Part shown: positions 24,485 through 39,776 of the stretch, in pieces
How the letters are laid out: each line of letters starts with the position of its first letter
How positions within the stretch are numbered: position 1 is the first letter of the stretch
DNA from: Chrysomallon squamiferum
Lineage: Eukaryota > Animalia > Mollusca
Length of the DNA stretch: 64,000 bases
Assembly (NCBI GenBank): GCA_012295275.1
Contig: CM022668.1
Coordinates: 13,454,001 to 13,518,000 of the forward strand
Reading direction: 5' to 3'
Position numbers and translations under genes: made by a program
Notes under the pieces: model-generated
The model's input: the letters and a program-made list of their open reading frames with translations, nothing else
The model's database searches: none
Told to the model about the DNA's origin: nothing

Positions 24485-25517
24485 TATGTGTGTGAGTATA
24501 TAATCTATGTATGTATATGTATATACGTACGTACTTATGTTTGTATGCATTTATATAATGTTTGTTACCTTTTAATCACAATAGCTTCTAATCCATATCA
24601 GAATTTGTTTTTACAAACTGCGTTTAACAAACACATACCACTAGAGATTACTTGCTCAGCCAAAATGTAAATATTTTCTCAGACAACAGACTCACTCCCA
24701 TATATTATAGCCAACTGTGAACAATACACAAATAACTCACATGGTGCTTAAGTCTTGGCTGTTTCGATTTTCTTTTGTTACATTTTAAGAGGGTAGCAAA
24801 TGAATAATTCGTCGAAGAATCAAATTCACTCGACCATGTTAACGTGCATCGTGTGTGTTTATGTTAAAATCAGCCACATGCATCCATGCATTGCGTGGTC
24901 AGTAATTGCTTCTGTGAAGTCATCCGTGAAGTTGAAAAGTCCACGGATGGCGTGGAATGTTCGCTCGGACGTTAAAATGAGAATGGACAGTTCACTGGAC
25001 CAAAGAAAACATGAAAATGTTGTGTGGGTTTTCTTGTTTTTTTTTTTTTTTATTAGTATGTTTAGGACTCTAAGGATTTAAAAACCTATCAGTTTCAAGA
25101 CAGTTATTCATATGTCATGTATTATTTATTGAATGTGTCAGTTTATGTACGTATGAATAAATGATTATGTATGGTTCAGTATATTTATTATGTATGTATG
25201 TATGTATGTATGTGTGTGTGTGTGTGTTTGAGTATGTACGTGTAGGTATATGTTTATGTGTATCCGTATATGTGTATATATATATGCATGTGCGTGTGTA
25301 TGTTTATTTGTGTTTGTGTATATGCATCTGTTTATGTGTATATGAATGTGTGTGTAGGTATGGGTGTGTAAGACTGTATGTGTATGTGTATTCATTCATG
25401 TATGTACATGTGTATGTATGTATGTATGTATGTATGTATGTATGTATGTATGTTTGTATGTATGTATATATATATATTTGTATGTATAGACATACATGCA
25501 TTTGTGTGTGTCTGCTT

Positions 25518-25554
<37 letters not shown>

Positions 25555-26037
25555 CTTGTGTGTATATGTAAGTATGTAGGTATGTGTTTATATACGCATG
25601 TGTGTGTGTGTGTGGGGGCAAATGTATATGTTTTATGCACCTGTTTATGTATGTATCTGTGTATATGTATATATCAATATGTGTATGTATATATCTATAT
25701 TTATTTTATGTATATATATGAACATATATCTGTATGCAACGCTGTATATATATATATATATATATATATGTTTTAATTTACTTTATTTTTATACTGCATA
25801 ACGATAATGTGTTGATGCTGACATTTTGAATAATTAACAATGTTTTTAATTTTTAATTTTTTTTTTTAATTTTTTTTTTTTTTAGGGATAAAAATATAGT
25901 CACTGATGCAAAAATATAAGACGTCATCACTGCCAACACTCAGAACAACAACGACGTTAAATGACATCATCATGGCTGCTAATTTATAATTATTTATATA
26001 TGTGCATTAATATATTATGTGGGTTACTCGTGTATTT

Positions 26038-26077
<40 letters not shown>

Positions 26078-26155
26078 AACTTTGTGGGAATTTTACTTGC
26101 TGGTTTTGCATGTAACGCTATGTATATTTATCTATTTATGTAAGTAAGTAAGTAA

Positions 26156-26198
<43 letters not shown>

Positions 26199-26733
26199 TT
26201 CATGTATATATATATGGTCGTCCATTAAGTACGTACGCAAATTTGTGGGAATTTTGCTTCGGGTTTTGTAAGTAATAATAATGTGTGCATTTATGTTTGT
26301 ATATTTACTTATGCATGTATACTGAGTATATCTATGCATATATATATATGTATGTATGTATATATAAAGGCCTCTAGACAGAACTGGGTTGGAGGTCTAG
26401 ACAAACAAAAAACATTTATTATATTCTCAATTTGAGTAGAAATGCATGCACACTTAAGGAGCTTGAAAAGCGAAAACTGCAAACTGAATAGAGCTTGGTA
26501 GATTGGTTTTCGATGAACCTACTTTCCTGTACACTACACTAAGCTAAGATTCACATCTACGTCACGCATCATCGGCCATTAATTAAAAAAAAAAAAAAAA
26601 AAAATTTAGAAGTATATAAGAGGAGCGGGTTACGTCATGAAATCGACATTGGTTACGTCACAGCGCATTTCTGTTAAGGATTACCACATAGGATCCGCCG
26701 TATGTGCGAAAATTTCATACAGTTCTCGTTGTC

Positions 26734-26777
<44 letters not shown>

Positions 26778-28411
26778 ATTTATTTATTTATTTATTTTAC
26801 ATTTCGATAGACGGATTTCGTCACGCTAAAACAGTTACATCAGTTCTACTGCAAAATACCAGATTAGGGCCCTTCATTTACGAAGCTTTCTTGTTGCTAC
26901 GATACCGTAAAACTAACCAAACTGATGACATCATAATGTCATTTGATGTATTAGGTCACTTGTCGGCAACCTTAAAGAAATTAATCTGGCCCGAAGCCCG
27001 ACAACGAAATGTAATACTCCACCTATCACGACGACACAACAGTTTTTTTTTATATTTTATTTTTTTTTTTTTTAATTTCATGCTTATTACAGTTTGATAT
27101 CATCAGTATTAGCCAATCAGCGATCAGTTACTAGTCAGCACGGCAGAAAGATACGGATGGAGAAGCTGTTCACATTTGTCTGCTTTTTCGCGCCATTTAA
27201 TTTTTTTTTTTTTTTTTTTTTTTTAATTATTATTATTATTATTTTTTATTCTGGTGACCCGAAGCTTCATATATAGCGTAATATTCAATCGACTGTAGAT
27301 ATTGTTTTCTGTTTTTTTTAAAAAAAAAAGAAAAAAAAAGAGCTGCAGTATCTAATTATTATTATTTTTTATTATTATTATTATTGCTAGTTTCATTATA
27401 TCAGTTGCAGAATATTAATTTAATTGTTAAATGGATGACTGTAAAATGCGCTCGCTTTGTAGACTTCTGGTTCTAGCCCACGAGCGAACAAAAGGCCTTC
27501 GACCTTCGACCTTCGACCCCGGTGCAAGGCCATCATTTACTGACACTTTATTGGAAATCTTCGGTTACTTTGTCTTTACGCGGTTACCATCTCTTTACAA
27601 GGCAGGTAGATCACGAACACTTTGTAACATTTTGGCATTGCTTGTAACACAGAGGTCTTAACGGTAACCTCACTGAAACAGAGTATGTATGGATTTCACT
27701 GTCCTTCGATGTTTAAGCGTTTAGCTGGGAGGGGGGGGGGGCGGTTTAGCAGAAATGAGGTGAGAAGAGTATTGCCCCCCCCCGTAGTATACAGTGTATT
27801 AAAATATTAGTTGCTTTAATAATTATTCATTTAATTATTTATTTATTTATTATTATTAGTTTGCGTGCGCACTTTATGGTTGACAGTATATATATATATA
27901 TATATATACATACACACACACATACACACATACTCACAAACCCAAACATATCAATACGCATGTAAGTTCGTATGAATGTCAGTATGTATAATACATGTAT
28001 ATGTAGATGTGTACGTATGCGTAGGTATGTGTGTGTGCGTGTGTGTGTGTGTGTTTGTGTGTAGACGTTGGTGAATTAAAAAAAATGTGTCTTTATGGTT
28101 GCTAAATGTCTGTTATTTTTACCTGTTATAAATTATGTTATTTGTAAATTATACATATTTAAATTTGTTGTAATTGTTATTAAAAAGTACTGCCGTTGTT
28201 CGTATGAAATGTAAAGAAAGTATTATGTTAATGCTTGTGTTGTTCGTTGTTCGAAAAATGTTATTTATTTAAAGCAATTCTGTGGTACTATAAATGAAAT
28301 TGTAACACTTTAATGCAATATACATATATACAGAGACACACAAACACAAACTTTTTTAAGTGAACATTTTATCTTTTACTAAAGATTTCGTATTATATTT
28401 TTACAAACTGG

Positions 28412-28480
<69 letters not shown>

Positions 28481-28941
28481 GTGATAACGATTTCCAGAGC
28501 AGAAAGCCCTACTACTACTACTCAGTCTGATAGGAATTTTTGTTTTCTCTCTGGGCAAAAATTATACTCTGCATTGGAACAAGTTTGTTATTTTATTATA
28601 TAATTTATTTTTAGCAAAGATTGTTCCCATTAATCATTGTGACAATCACTTAAAAAGGTGACTGTTTATTTGTTTTTTTTTAGACGAAACAGCAACACAG
28701 TACACTTATACACTAAGTCAGACATAGTTACCACACTCACACGCAACATAGATACCACACTCACACGCACAAAACGTTATATAAAGGTTTACTGTCACGG
28801 CAATCTCCAAACAATCTCAGAACATACTGATCTCATTGCTAGACAATTGTTTGGTATTTATAATAATTTATGATGATTACAACGACAACAACGACAACAA
28901 TAACAACAACAACGACAACAACAACAATAAAAATAACAATA

Positions 28942-29028
<87 letters not shown>

Positions 29029-29600
29029 TCAACAACATTAACAATAATAACAATGCTAAAAAATCAAAAGCTACGATTGTATGCCTGTGTACATGTACGT
29101 GTGTGTGTGCGTGTGTCGTCGTATATGTCTCAAGAATATCAATTAATGTTTGCATGTGTGCGTGTAGGTGTGCATGTGTGTATATATATATTTTAGTATT
29201 ATGTAATGTGCCAACATTTTCTATATAGATCTCTGATAAAATTAGAAAACTTAAATGTCTGTCTGAACTGTTTCTGTTTTTTTTTTTTGTTTTTTTTTTA
29301 TTATGCCACGCTGTTTTCATTTGTAGAAAGATAAAAATGGCTATTTTTTTATGACTGGTGTTGTTGTTATTATTTTTTAAATTGTTTTTTTGTTTTATTT
29401 TGTACTCTGGTTTTCTCTGGAGCGTCATTCCTTTATTATTTAATTTATTTATATGTTCATCGTCAGGTCCTTCATTTTCGTTCACATCTACAGGTATAAA
29501 TATGCACTCACGTACATGGACATTTGGATATACAAATTTGTACACACACACACACAGTTACATATATACAACCATCCATTAGTGTATTTATAAATAAGAG

Positions 29601-29736
<136 letters not shown>

Positions 29737-30017
29737 CTATGGAGAAATTTATTTGGTTACTGACCCGTTTCAATAGAAATTATCTCCCCTATATAACTTT
29801 ACACTTTTTTGCTGAGAGAAAAAATAAAAAAAATAAAAAAAATAAATAGAAAAAAACAACCCCCAAAAAAAAAAAAAAAACGTAGAACTTTAATAACAAA
29901 TATTTAAAATTATAATACGACCAGAATCATCTACGATGACGTTGACGACGAAAGAAGGAACTACAACACTATGTCATGACCAACAACTACTGATAAACCT
30001 AGATTGTTTTGACTTTC

Positions 30018-30049
<32 letters not shown>

Positions 30050-30108
30050 TGTAGTTATTCATTCATTCCATTGATTGTATTTAATTATTTATTATTTATT
30101 AATTATTA

Positions 30109-30152
<44 letters not shown>

Positions 30153-30206
30153 GTTTTAATATTTATTTATTTATTCATTTCATTGATTGTATTTATTTAT
30201 TTATTA

Positions 30207-30257
<51 letters not shown>

Positions 30258-30581
30258 ATATTTACTTATTTATTTACCTATTTATTTTTTAGAAATGAAA
30301 TAACTAAAATATTAATACAGTTATTCGTAAAAAAAAAAAAAAAAAAATGAAAATTTAAATAAAAATGCAGATATAAAATATAAGTAAAGTACTATAAAAC
30401 ATTACAGATTATTTTCAGCTTGTCAGCACAAAACCATTTTTTTTTTCTTTTATGTTCGTAGCGGTTAGAATTCACTTGCTCGTTTATAACTCAAGGGAGA
30501 TAAGCACGATTCTTTTTGTTGTTTCTTATTTTCTTATTTATTTATTTATTTATTTATTTATTCATTTATTATTATTATTTA

Positions 30582-30619
<38 letters not shown>

Positions 30620-31021
30620 CTGAAAAGATATGTTAAATTTTTATTTATAAATATTTATAATCAGAAAAACGTGTGTAATTTAATACATGTTCATACAGAA
30701 GTGAAAAGTTTGACGACATAACAAAAATGAATATTTTTAATCTGCTTATATAAACTATGCAGACGTTACTCAACTACAGGCATTTTTAAAGACATCTATC
30801 TTTAATAATGCAAGAACTGTGCCGTTTTAACTTAGCAGCTATATAATAAAATTAATTTAAAATTACTTTGGTAAAATACTCCATAAATAATTTGTTTTTT
30901 TAAATTATTTTTATTATTATTTTTTTTTTCTATTGAAACAACTCCACACCATTTATTTATTTATTTATAAAACTCTATAAACTCACTTTCTCTTGTAAAA
31001 TATGTCAACTCAATCAACTTT

Positions 31022-32892
31022 TAGTCCGATGGCAGGGACCGATAAGCGTGCATTGCGGTTCGTACAAAGTTTTTTTTGCTGTTTCTATACTTCCGAGATG
31101 TGCTCTTTAAGAATCTGAATGATGCCACTCTGTCATCCTTGGGCAATCCGCACAATATGCAAATTAAGGCCGCCATTATTGAAAATCTTGTTTTCGTCAA
31201 TATCTCAGTAACTATGCATGGTATCAAAATAATTTTGGTGTCTATACACATGTTTTTAGGGGTAAAGAATCAGATTAAACCATTACAGTATTGATCACAC
31301 CAATATTTTCTGCAAATTATGCAAAAATCAACTTCAGTGTATATCCGAGTCGTTACAGAACACCCCCTTTACTTATGCTGATGCATGTTGCCATTACTGA
31401 TTTGACTCAGTCCTCAAACAAGTCACTTTCAACAACATTGTCACAGTCATCAACCCGTCTTCATCATGATGTCTTCGTGCGGACGGAACGAGAGGCAGAC
31501 TGGCCACTCCACCTCTGGGCAGTAGAGCAAATGATGCCATACTTTTCTGCCTCTGCTCACTTCAACTACGCGAGATACGGTTGGTACTACCTGAGTACAA
31601 TGATGCGTCTCCCACCTGAAGTGCTTCAGAGCTTCATGAGAGGTGAACACACCATGCGTCACAAGCCGGTACTCTGGAACGGGATCTGGTCCAACATGTG
31701 GATAGAGACAACCTTCATGCGTTACGGGCATGGTCCATATGGAATCATAGACACAACCCTGAAGCCCGAAACCCTAAAACGATGGGCATACAGTATGCAC
31801 ACCTGCAGCATGATCGTTCAAGATATCGCGGACATGTCCGATGACAGTGGGGAGAGGGAGGTGACGAGTCATAAAGAAGAGAAGCCATCACGCATCACTT
31901 CGGATGCCAAGGACAGGGACAAGATACGAGATAAACTTCTGACTTGCATCGATCCCCTGGATCCAACTGGTCATCCCGCTGCTTTGATCAATGTCGTTAC
32001 TGGTCGGATTGCACCTGAAACGGTGAACGCACATGACGCAGTGGATATTGGGAATGGTCAACTTGTGTCATTTGAAAAGAGCTGGCCTGCCGGATTTAAT
32101 GCATCCTTATCCAAGTTGGTGGTGACCATGGCAGTGAAGAGAAAGGCAGTAAGGGTTGGGAACAATAATGTGTATGACACGAATCTCATCTACTCGCGGG
32201 TACTAGGGTTGCAACAGTCTCGAGACATCGATATCAAAACTGTCCTTGCGCATGAACTGTCACCCGTGCCTACCTCAATGTTTGAGGCAAAATGAGAATC
32301 GCAACTACGAAATCAACGCTGAAGAAGAATCTGCAGGTGACTGTGTCCCAGCGTTTTGTTGAGAAATCAGAGGTAGAAATTCTGGATGGCTGTGCTATCC
32401 TTTGGGTTATAAACTGGCCTAATCAAGGAACTGTGGCAGATTTTATCAACGGCTTCACGAGGAATGTGATGAAAAGGGTGACAAGCCAGGACACAAACCT
32501 GATCTTTGATCGCTACTTCGACTTCAGCATTAAAAGTGGAACGCGGGCAGCTCGAGTTGGCGACGACACAAACTGCAGTTACATACTCCACTGCCACCCC
32601 AGAAGGTTGTCCTTACAGTAACTGAGAATAAGGTACAGGTCATAGATCTGATATGTCAGAATTTGATCCAGAAAGCACAGGACGAGCTGAATGAACACAG
32701 TCTGGTCATTACCTCTACTGACTCTGTACCAGTTGTAATTCAGGATGGCATTGTCTTCCGTAGGGAAGATCTCATGACTTGCCATGAAGAAGCGGATGTA
32801 ATAATCATACAGCAGATGGTTAAGGCAGCTGAAAGTGGCGTGAAAAGAATCAACATCGTATGTGAGGACACAGACGTTTTTGTCCTCCTGCT
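31022..32892 (+). mobile_element. Academ (AcademX, XPG/FEN1-nuclease type) DNA transposon relic; internally deleted, frameshifted, right end not found
   Basis: Abrupt ~50% GC block starting TAGTCCGA at 31022. Three successive frames encode FVRTEREADWPLHL...MPYF...HFNYARYG...WSNMWIETTFMRYGH...HELSPVPTSMF, then MRIA...ILDGCAIL...LIFDRYF..SIKSGTR, then CHEEADV...VCEDTDVFVLLL. The DG, FD, EAD and DTD acidic motifs fit XPG/FEN1-like nucleases. The family call is from recalled motif similarity, not from a search. Confidence 0.7.
31456..32892 (+). pseudogene. Frameshifted Academ transposase/XPG-nuclease coding remnant (ORFs 31291-32295, 32292-32621, 32663-32947)
   Basis: Intronless coding-like sequence broken by frameshifts near 32285 and 32570-32600. 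The N-terminal part and the C-terminal Cys-rich zinc finger expected in Academ proteins are not visible. Confidence 0.75.
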
Positions 32893-33060
32893 GCAAAAAT
32901 CTGGGGTTTGGCAACCGGACTATTTCACTTGTGATCTTCATCTTTGACAGAACTGCCATTCTAATTGGTGTAACCGGTGTTAATCATAAATGTTCCTTAT
33001 AACCGAAATATAGAGCGAGGTGCCCATATATATGTTGCATCAGGCTTTTTACTAACGTGT

Positions 33061-33099
<39 letters not shown>

Positions 33100-33117
33100 T
33101 ATAAAAATTGAAAATTA

Positions 33118-33176
<59 letters not shown>

Positions 33177-33514
33177 TGTATTTGAACAATTATTTAGCTT
33201 TTTTTTTATGTTGTATTTTATCGCGTTAACTGTCGCTATGCGATGAACACGTTAACAGATTTGACCTAAATAAAAATCGGAGTCTCCCTCGTTATCGAAT
33301 AGCTCATTACACCAATGCGAGTTTCCCCAGCGTGCTAATTTCTAAATTAATTAATTAATTATTCTTATTATTTTTGCACACGACAAAATGTGAAAAGTAT
33401 TACAAAAAAATAATAAATTAAAATTAATAATCTGTAACTATTTAATAAAAAAAATTCAAATCACCTTGTAGTTGTTCGTTGCTCGTTATATATCTTATAT
33501 TCAGTGTTTCTACC

Positions 33515-33635
33515 GGTTCGTGGTGTGGCCGTGTGGTTACCGCAGTGGTCTAAGAATCACAGCATACTGGGTTCGAATCTGGTATGGTGTGCACCTTGGT
33601 TACTGTTGTAGCTGCATTTCCTATCATCGGGCTGT
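33515..33635 (+). mobile_element. Degenerate tRNA-derived SINE head
   Basis: Pol III A-box-like TGGCCGTGTGG (33526-33536) and B-box GGTTCGAATCT (33570-33580) at tRNA-like spacing, followed by GCACCTTGG as recalled from octopus SINEs; no cloverleaf. Confidence 0.5.
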
Positions 33636-34286
33636 TCAAAAGGGTGAAAGCCTTTTTTGTTTATTATTTATTTGTTTATTTTATTAGATATTTGAAAACG
33701 TATTTCACCTTGAAACTTACATTCATCATACAATTTCCTTAAATATATTTTAAATTGTTAAAACTGCAACTGTTATGCGTTCTTACAGTAATATGTAGTA
33801 CTTTTTACATTTGTTTGTTTTGTTTGTTTTTTTTTTGTTGTTTTTTTTGCTACAGAATATGAACCAATCAAATTTTTGGTGCCATTGTTTTTCCATCACT
33901 GATTTTTACAGTCCACATTTTGAAAAAAAATAAAATAAAATAAAAAAATAAGAAAGATAAGAGATTCTTGACTGATTATTTGTTTACCGAGAAAGCCAAA
34001 CGGTGACATTAACCAGTTTTATCAGCGGAAATTATAATAACTATTTGGAGAATATAAAGAATTATCTATTTATGCATGCATACACTCAAATGTGTATGTA
34101 CATATAAACACAAATATACACACATACCTAGACACATACACATACAAACATACACAGATACACACACATACATACATACCTATATACACATACACACACA
34201 CACACACTCACACATTTATGTACAGAAACACACATCCAAGTAAATAAGCATGTGTCTGAAAACTAACAAACAAACAAACAAAAAAC

Positions 34287-34352
<66 letters not shown>

Positions 34353-35260
34353 CCACAGTAATAAAAAGAACGAAAAAAGAAAGAAAAAAAAGAAAGAAAG
34401 AAGAAAAAGACCAAACATTAAAAAAAAAAAAAAAAAAAAAAAACAACAAATATTCAATTTGTCAAGCATTTGTTTAGAGGTTAGACAACAAAGACTTGGG
34501 TGTGATACATCACGTGACATCAGCTATCCGTTACGCAAGTGCAGGAAATTTGTAAGATAACGTCTAATCTTACTAAGTATCAAAGCTTATACCCGTGTTT
34601 GCCACCCGAAATTGATATCTGTATCTGATGTTTTTGCCATTAACAGGGAAACACTGTTATTACGATTTTTCGTAGTTTTAAGGCAAATACTTGAGTGAAT
34701 GGGTGCCATATGTTCGAGTCACGTCAGCGGCATCTGAAGAGATTCGAACGTATGGCACACGTTCACCTATATTCGAGTCGAAGTCATAATATTAAAACAT
34801 ATTCCCATTATTTTGGTTAACACTGAAACAGAAGAAGTGTAAATTTATGGGAGATGAACTTTGAACCCAGTGAAAAAAAAAATGTGTTTATTTCTTTATG
34901 TTGCGCTATTGATGTTAGAACATCTATCGTCACGGAGTTTTATTTATTTATTTATTTATTTATTTACTCATTTATTTACTCATTTATTTATTTATTTATA
35001 ATTATTTTATTGGATTATACATCAAATTTCGTGATTAATTATGCAGAAATTAGAGGTTAAAGGTAAAAAGAACACTGCAGGTATAAAAGACTTTAACATC
35101 GAGAGCGTAACTGTTGTAAACGTGCTTCACAACATCAAGCTTTGATTAGCACGTTAAATTTCGTTCTGTCTGTCTGTCTGTCTGTCTATTATTTATTTGT
35201 TTACAGAGACCGTTCAAGCAGAGTTCACTGAATATCCACATATCTATCTGTTTTTCTATA

Positions 35261-35309
<49 letters not shown>

Positions 35310-35352
35310 GACGTACATAAGACAGAAAATATATATACGTGGATAGATAAAC

Positions 35353-35416
<64 letters not shown>

Positions 35417-37124
35417 ACACAGATAAACATATTTAAACGTACACACATATACACACTCACACACACAAAAACACAAACTCATACATATACAAATGGATAC
35501 ATAGTTACAAGCATACAAACATATATTTGTTCCTGTTAACATACACGCACACACACATACATACATACACATACACACATACATACAGACATACATACAT
35601 ACATACATACACACATACATACACACATACATACATACATACATACATACACATACATACATACATACATACATACATACATACATACATACACACACAT
35701 ACATACATACATACATACATACACACATACATACACACATACATACACACACATACATACATACATACATACATACATACATACATACATACATACATAC
35801 ATACACACAAATACAAACAAATATACATACTTAACTGTGTACGGACTTAAGTATGAATAATCTAAAATATGAAAATTTTTATAACGAATGGTTCATGGCC
35901 ATAACTGCATTGAGGCAAATAAGGCAAATGCCTCACATATAAATTTGACGATTTTTAATTTAATTGTTTTTTTTTTTAAAATACAAACATTTTATTGGAA
36001 AAATATAAAATATAAATCTCTATTCCGATATCAACTATTTTCTACTTTTAAGTCAAGACCCCCCACCCTCCCGTCACCCAAATGTATTAGAGTTTAAATT
36101 TTTTTTTTTGGCCTCAGTTTCAAAAAGAGTATTGATACGACCACGTGGTTGCTTCGTTTAAAAATTTTCGGAGAAATACTTCTCCGATGGCCTATTTCGG
36201 AGTTTCTTTTTTCCAAGAAGAAATCGGAGCCTTTTGAAACGTAAAGTCCAGGGAACCATAGCCTCTTGTTGATTGGAAGGACCAGAGCAAGTCTAGGCGA
36301 GAACCCGCGAGGAGATAAGGATTGTCGTCTGCTCTTGTTTTGTTTTTGTTTTTTTGTGTTTTTTTTAAATCTGGATTCCTTGTTCTTTTCGAAAGGATTG
36401 TGTTGAAAATATTCTCCAAGGCAGGTAATGCAAAGTTGTTCATTAATCTTTTTGCTGTTGTGTATTTTGATGTTAAAATGCATGTCGTTACATTGTTCTC
36501 CGTTTTAGGACACAGGTTGGTTGTAAATGTAGATATGGTTGTTAAGAGTGCAAACGATTTTTATCAGTTCAGCGTGATCTATATATTTTTTTGTGGGGGG
36601 GGGTTCGCGGGGAGGGGCATTTTACAAACGCAAGCAAGAATCAAGCTATCAATCAATCAATAAAGCGAAGAAACAAACAAACAAACAAACAAATAAAAAA
36701 AAAAAAAAAAAAATCAATCAATCAATAAACATTCAGTTAAAGCAAACAATCTAAATGAACAAAATAATAAATAAAAACAAAATTAAAAAAATTAAATTAA
36801 AAAAAAGAAGAAGAATAAGAACGAAGAAATAGAAAATAAATGTAAATAAATAAATTTAAAAAAAAATAAATAATTTCTCGTTCCAGTTCTATATCATTCG
36901 CACTTGTTCAGTGTCCTGTCTATCGAAAATAAAAATTTACTAACAGCACGCGATTTTCATCTCACCAGAATCATTGTCTATATAAGTAATTAAAAATAAG
37001 ATACTATATATATATATAACAACAACAATCAAACAAAATAAACCTTAATAAACATTCCAGGTTTTCATAAAGAGGCTTCATTTTGAGCACTGTAGAGGAA
37101 AGAATCTGGGAAAATGAATATTAC

Positions 37125-37157
<33 letters not shown>

Positions 37158-37732
37158 ACACACACCCATCCACACACCCATATACACACAGCTGCACACA
37201 CAAAGACACACGGATATCAGTATGATCTTTCCTTTATGACACATGGAGATTGAAGTAACATTAGAACTAGGAAGTTCGCAAAAGCACTTTTAAGAGAAAC
37301 GTCAACCGTTAAAGCAGGTATTCGATTTCTAATTTAGGCCACTACAAAATAAATCTTAGATTTTCGTCCCACTTAACTTTAGGAAAAAAAGATCAGTCTA
37401 AACTTTTACTGGTTTTATTTGTTGTTGTTGTTGTTGTTGTTGTTATTTATTATTATTATTATTTTGACGAAATGTTTAGTCTATGGTTTTTAAACCGTGT
37501 TTATATATTTCCTTATAGAAATTTCCCCAAATCTTAATTCTGATCTTAATACACGATTTTAGATTTTCTGTATGTGGTGATTTTTTTTTATCTTCTCTAA
37601 ATAAAACAAAATAAGATAAAATAAAATAAAATGGAACAAAATAAAAGAGAATAAAAATAAAACTTTTAATTTAGAATGATCTTATTATGGTAAAGTAAAA
37701 ATAATAATAATAAAATAAATAAATATTTTAAA

Positions 37733-37764
<32 letters not shown>

Positions 37765-37785
37765 AAGAATGATTTTGGTACTATT

Positions 37786-37828
<43 letters not shown>

Positions 37829-39036
37829 AAATGACCTAAATTTGTTTGGATAAAGTTACTTTTCCACGAAAGTGGCCGAAGACCGGTGCGGATCAATTAC
37901 GTATTAAATCGTATCACGTGACGCACCTTTTGTGTCTGTATGAATACCTTACGGATCTAGGCTGGTCACCTTGGCATGCGTAGAAATACTTGTTCACCGT
38001 AAAACCTATAATAATACAACCCCTCAATGCGTACAACGTACATTCATTCTGTGGATTATAATGTTAAAATCATTTACGTAATCAAACTCTCGTAAATCAC
38101 GCATCTATGGTGAAACGGTCGTAACGTAATGCACGACTTTTCCAGTGTGTTCGTAGTCATATAGAGGAACAGCAGATAGAAAATTTCTTCATTAAAACGG
38201 GAGACACTATTCCACATACCTTTACTGGTAACATATATACACGTGGCCATATATGTGAAAACATATCCGCATTATATCCGTGGCCATATCCGCATTACAG
38301 TTTCCATATATATATGCCCTTCCCCGAATACACACGTGACGTTACTCTCTCTCAAACACTTGAACCAGTTATCCAAAGGTATAAACGCACGCACACACAC
38401 ACACACACATTCCACACACAAACGTACTCATCAAAAAAAAAAAAAAAAAAAAATATATATATATACACACAACCAGACACCAACATTTAAGCACATTCTC
38501 ACAAACAGACAAAACTAGACAAGTATTTTTTAAAAAGCTGTTCTCAAACGTGTACGTGAATATAAAATTCATAAACGATGATGTATGTTAACAGAGTGAG
38601 GTTGTTTAAATGATTCTCGCATTAAATAGGTTGCGCATAATCAATTAAACAGAGCGTGAACATTTCATTAGAGACAAGTCCGTAATCTTTGTTAAAGGGT
38701 TTTAAGGAGAAAATAACTAAACGATGAAGTTATGGATTTATTTATAACACTAGACAAAATATTCTTTTTACTTAGAATGTATGCATCGTGGAGGTATACT
38801 GGAATACATACATACATATACACAGGTATACACAGTCAGTATACATACATGCACATACATATATAGATAACGTACAGAGATTTATACCATAACACGTACG
38901 TATTATAAAACTGAAAAGAGAGCATGACATTCAAAAGAAGGAAATATTATTATTATTAATATTAGAAGTAGAGGTACTGTTACTGTTATTCTTTGTTAGT
39001 ACTACTGGAGAGGGAGAGAGACTGAAAGAGAGATAG

Positions 39037-39179
<143 letters not shown>

Positions 39180-39536
39180 GTGTTCTTCATTCCTGTAAAC
39201 CTGTTTGGACACAGATTACATTTAAGTGTTTTTAGTATTAGATATACTTCAGACACGCAGCCAGAATCATAAAGAAAACAAACTTTAAATACCTTTGCTG
39301 AAAATATTGCTTTCAAACACGACCACTATATTTCTAAATACATTTGCTTATTTAGGTTCGTTTCGCTAACATTTTATGTCAGAATGTTTTATAGACTAGG
39401 TGGGTATCTCGTATTTTGTACCATGTGGAATGTGGAATTTGATCCACGGTGATTTGCAAGGTTGTCAGTGTTTCACCATTTACATTATCATCAGCAATAT
39501 CTTTACTTGAATAATAACTACAAGAATAGCAATGAC

Positions 39537-39581
<45 letters not shown>

Positions 39582-39587
39582 TCTTGT

Positions 39588-39776
39588 GTACGTTACAACT
39601 CTAGGTGACGTCACACTTTTTAGGTACGTTACAACTAAAGTGCTTTACAACCGTAACGTACGTTACAAATATGACGTAGGAAACATCTCTAACGTACGTT
39701 AAAAACAGTAAACGGGCGTAGAATTGTAACGTACGTTACCAATCAAATGTACTTTACAAACTCTAACGTACGTTAC
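39588..39776. repeat. ~36-bp-period (2 x ~18 bp) minisatellite with palindromic TAACGTACGTTA core
   Basis: GTACGTTA starts at 39588, 39624, 39658, 39694, 39731, 39768; four copies carry the full 12-14 bp palindrome. Confidence 0.85.

Noticed and set aside
33515-33600. Functional tRNA gene
   Set aside because: A and B boxes are present but no acceptor or anticodon stems can be formed; better read as a SINE head.
36094-36570. Coding-like minus-strand stretch (ORFs of 129 and 83 aa), possible retroelement relic
   Set aside because: No motif I can recognise; interrupted by A/T tracts and stops; BLASTX would be needed.
39588-39776. CRISPR array (palindromic repeats with variable spacers); also considered for 7693-8137 and 9350-9732
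   Set aside because: Eukaryotic context, no cas genes, repeats too short, and the spacers are degenerate copies of the unit.
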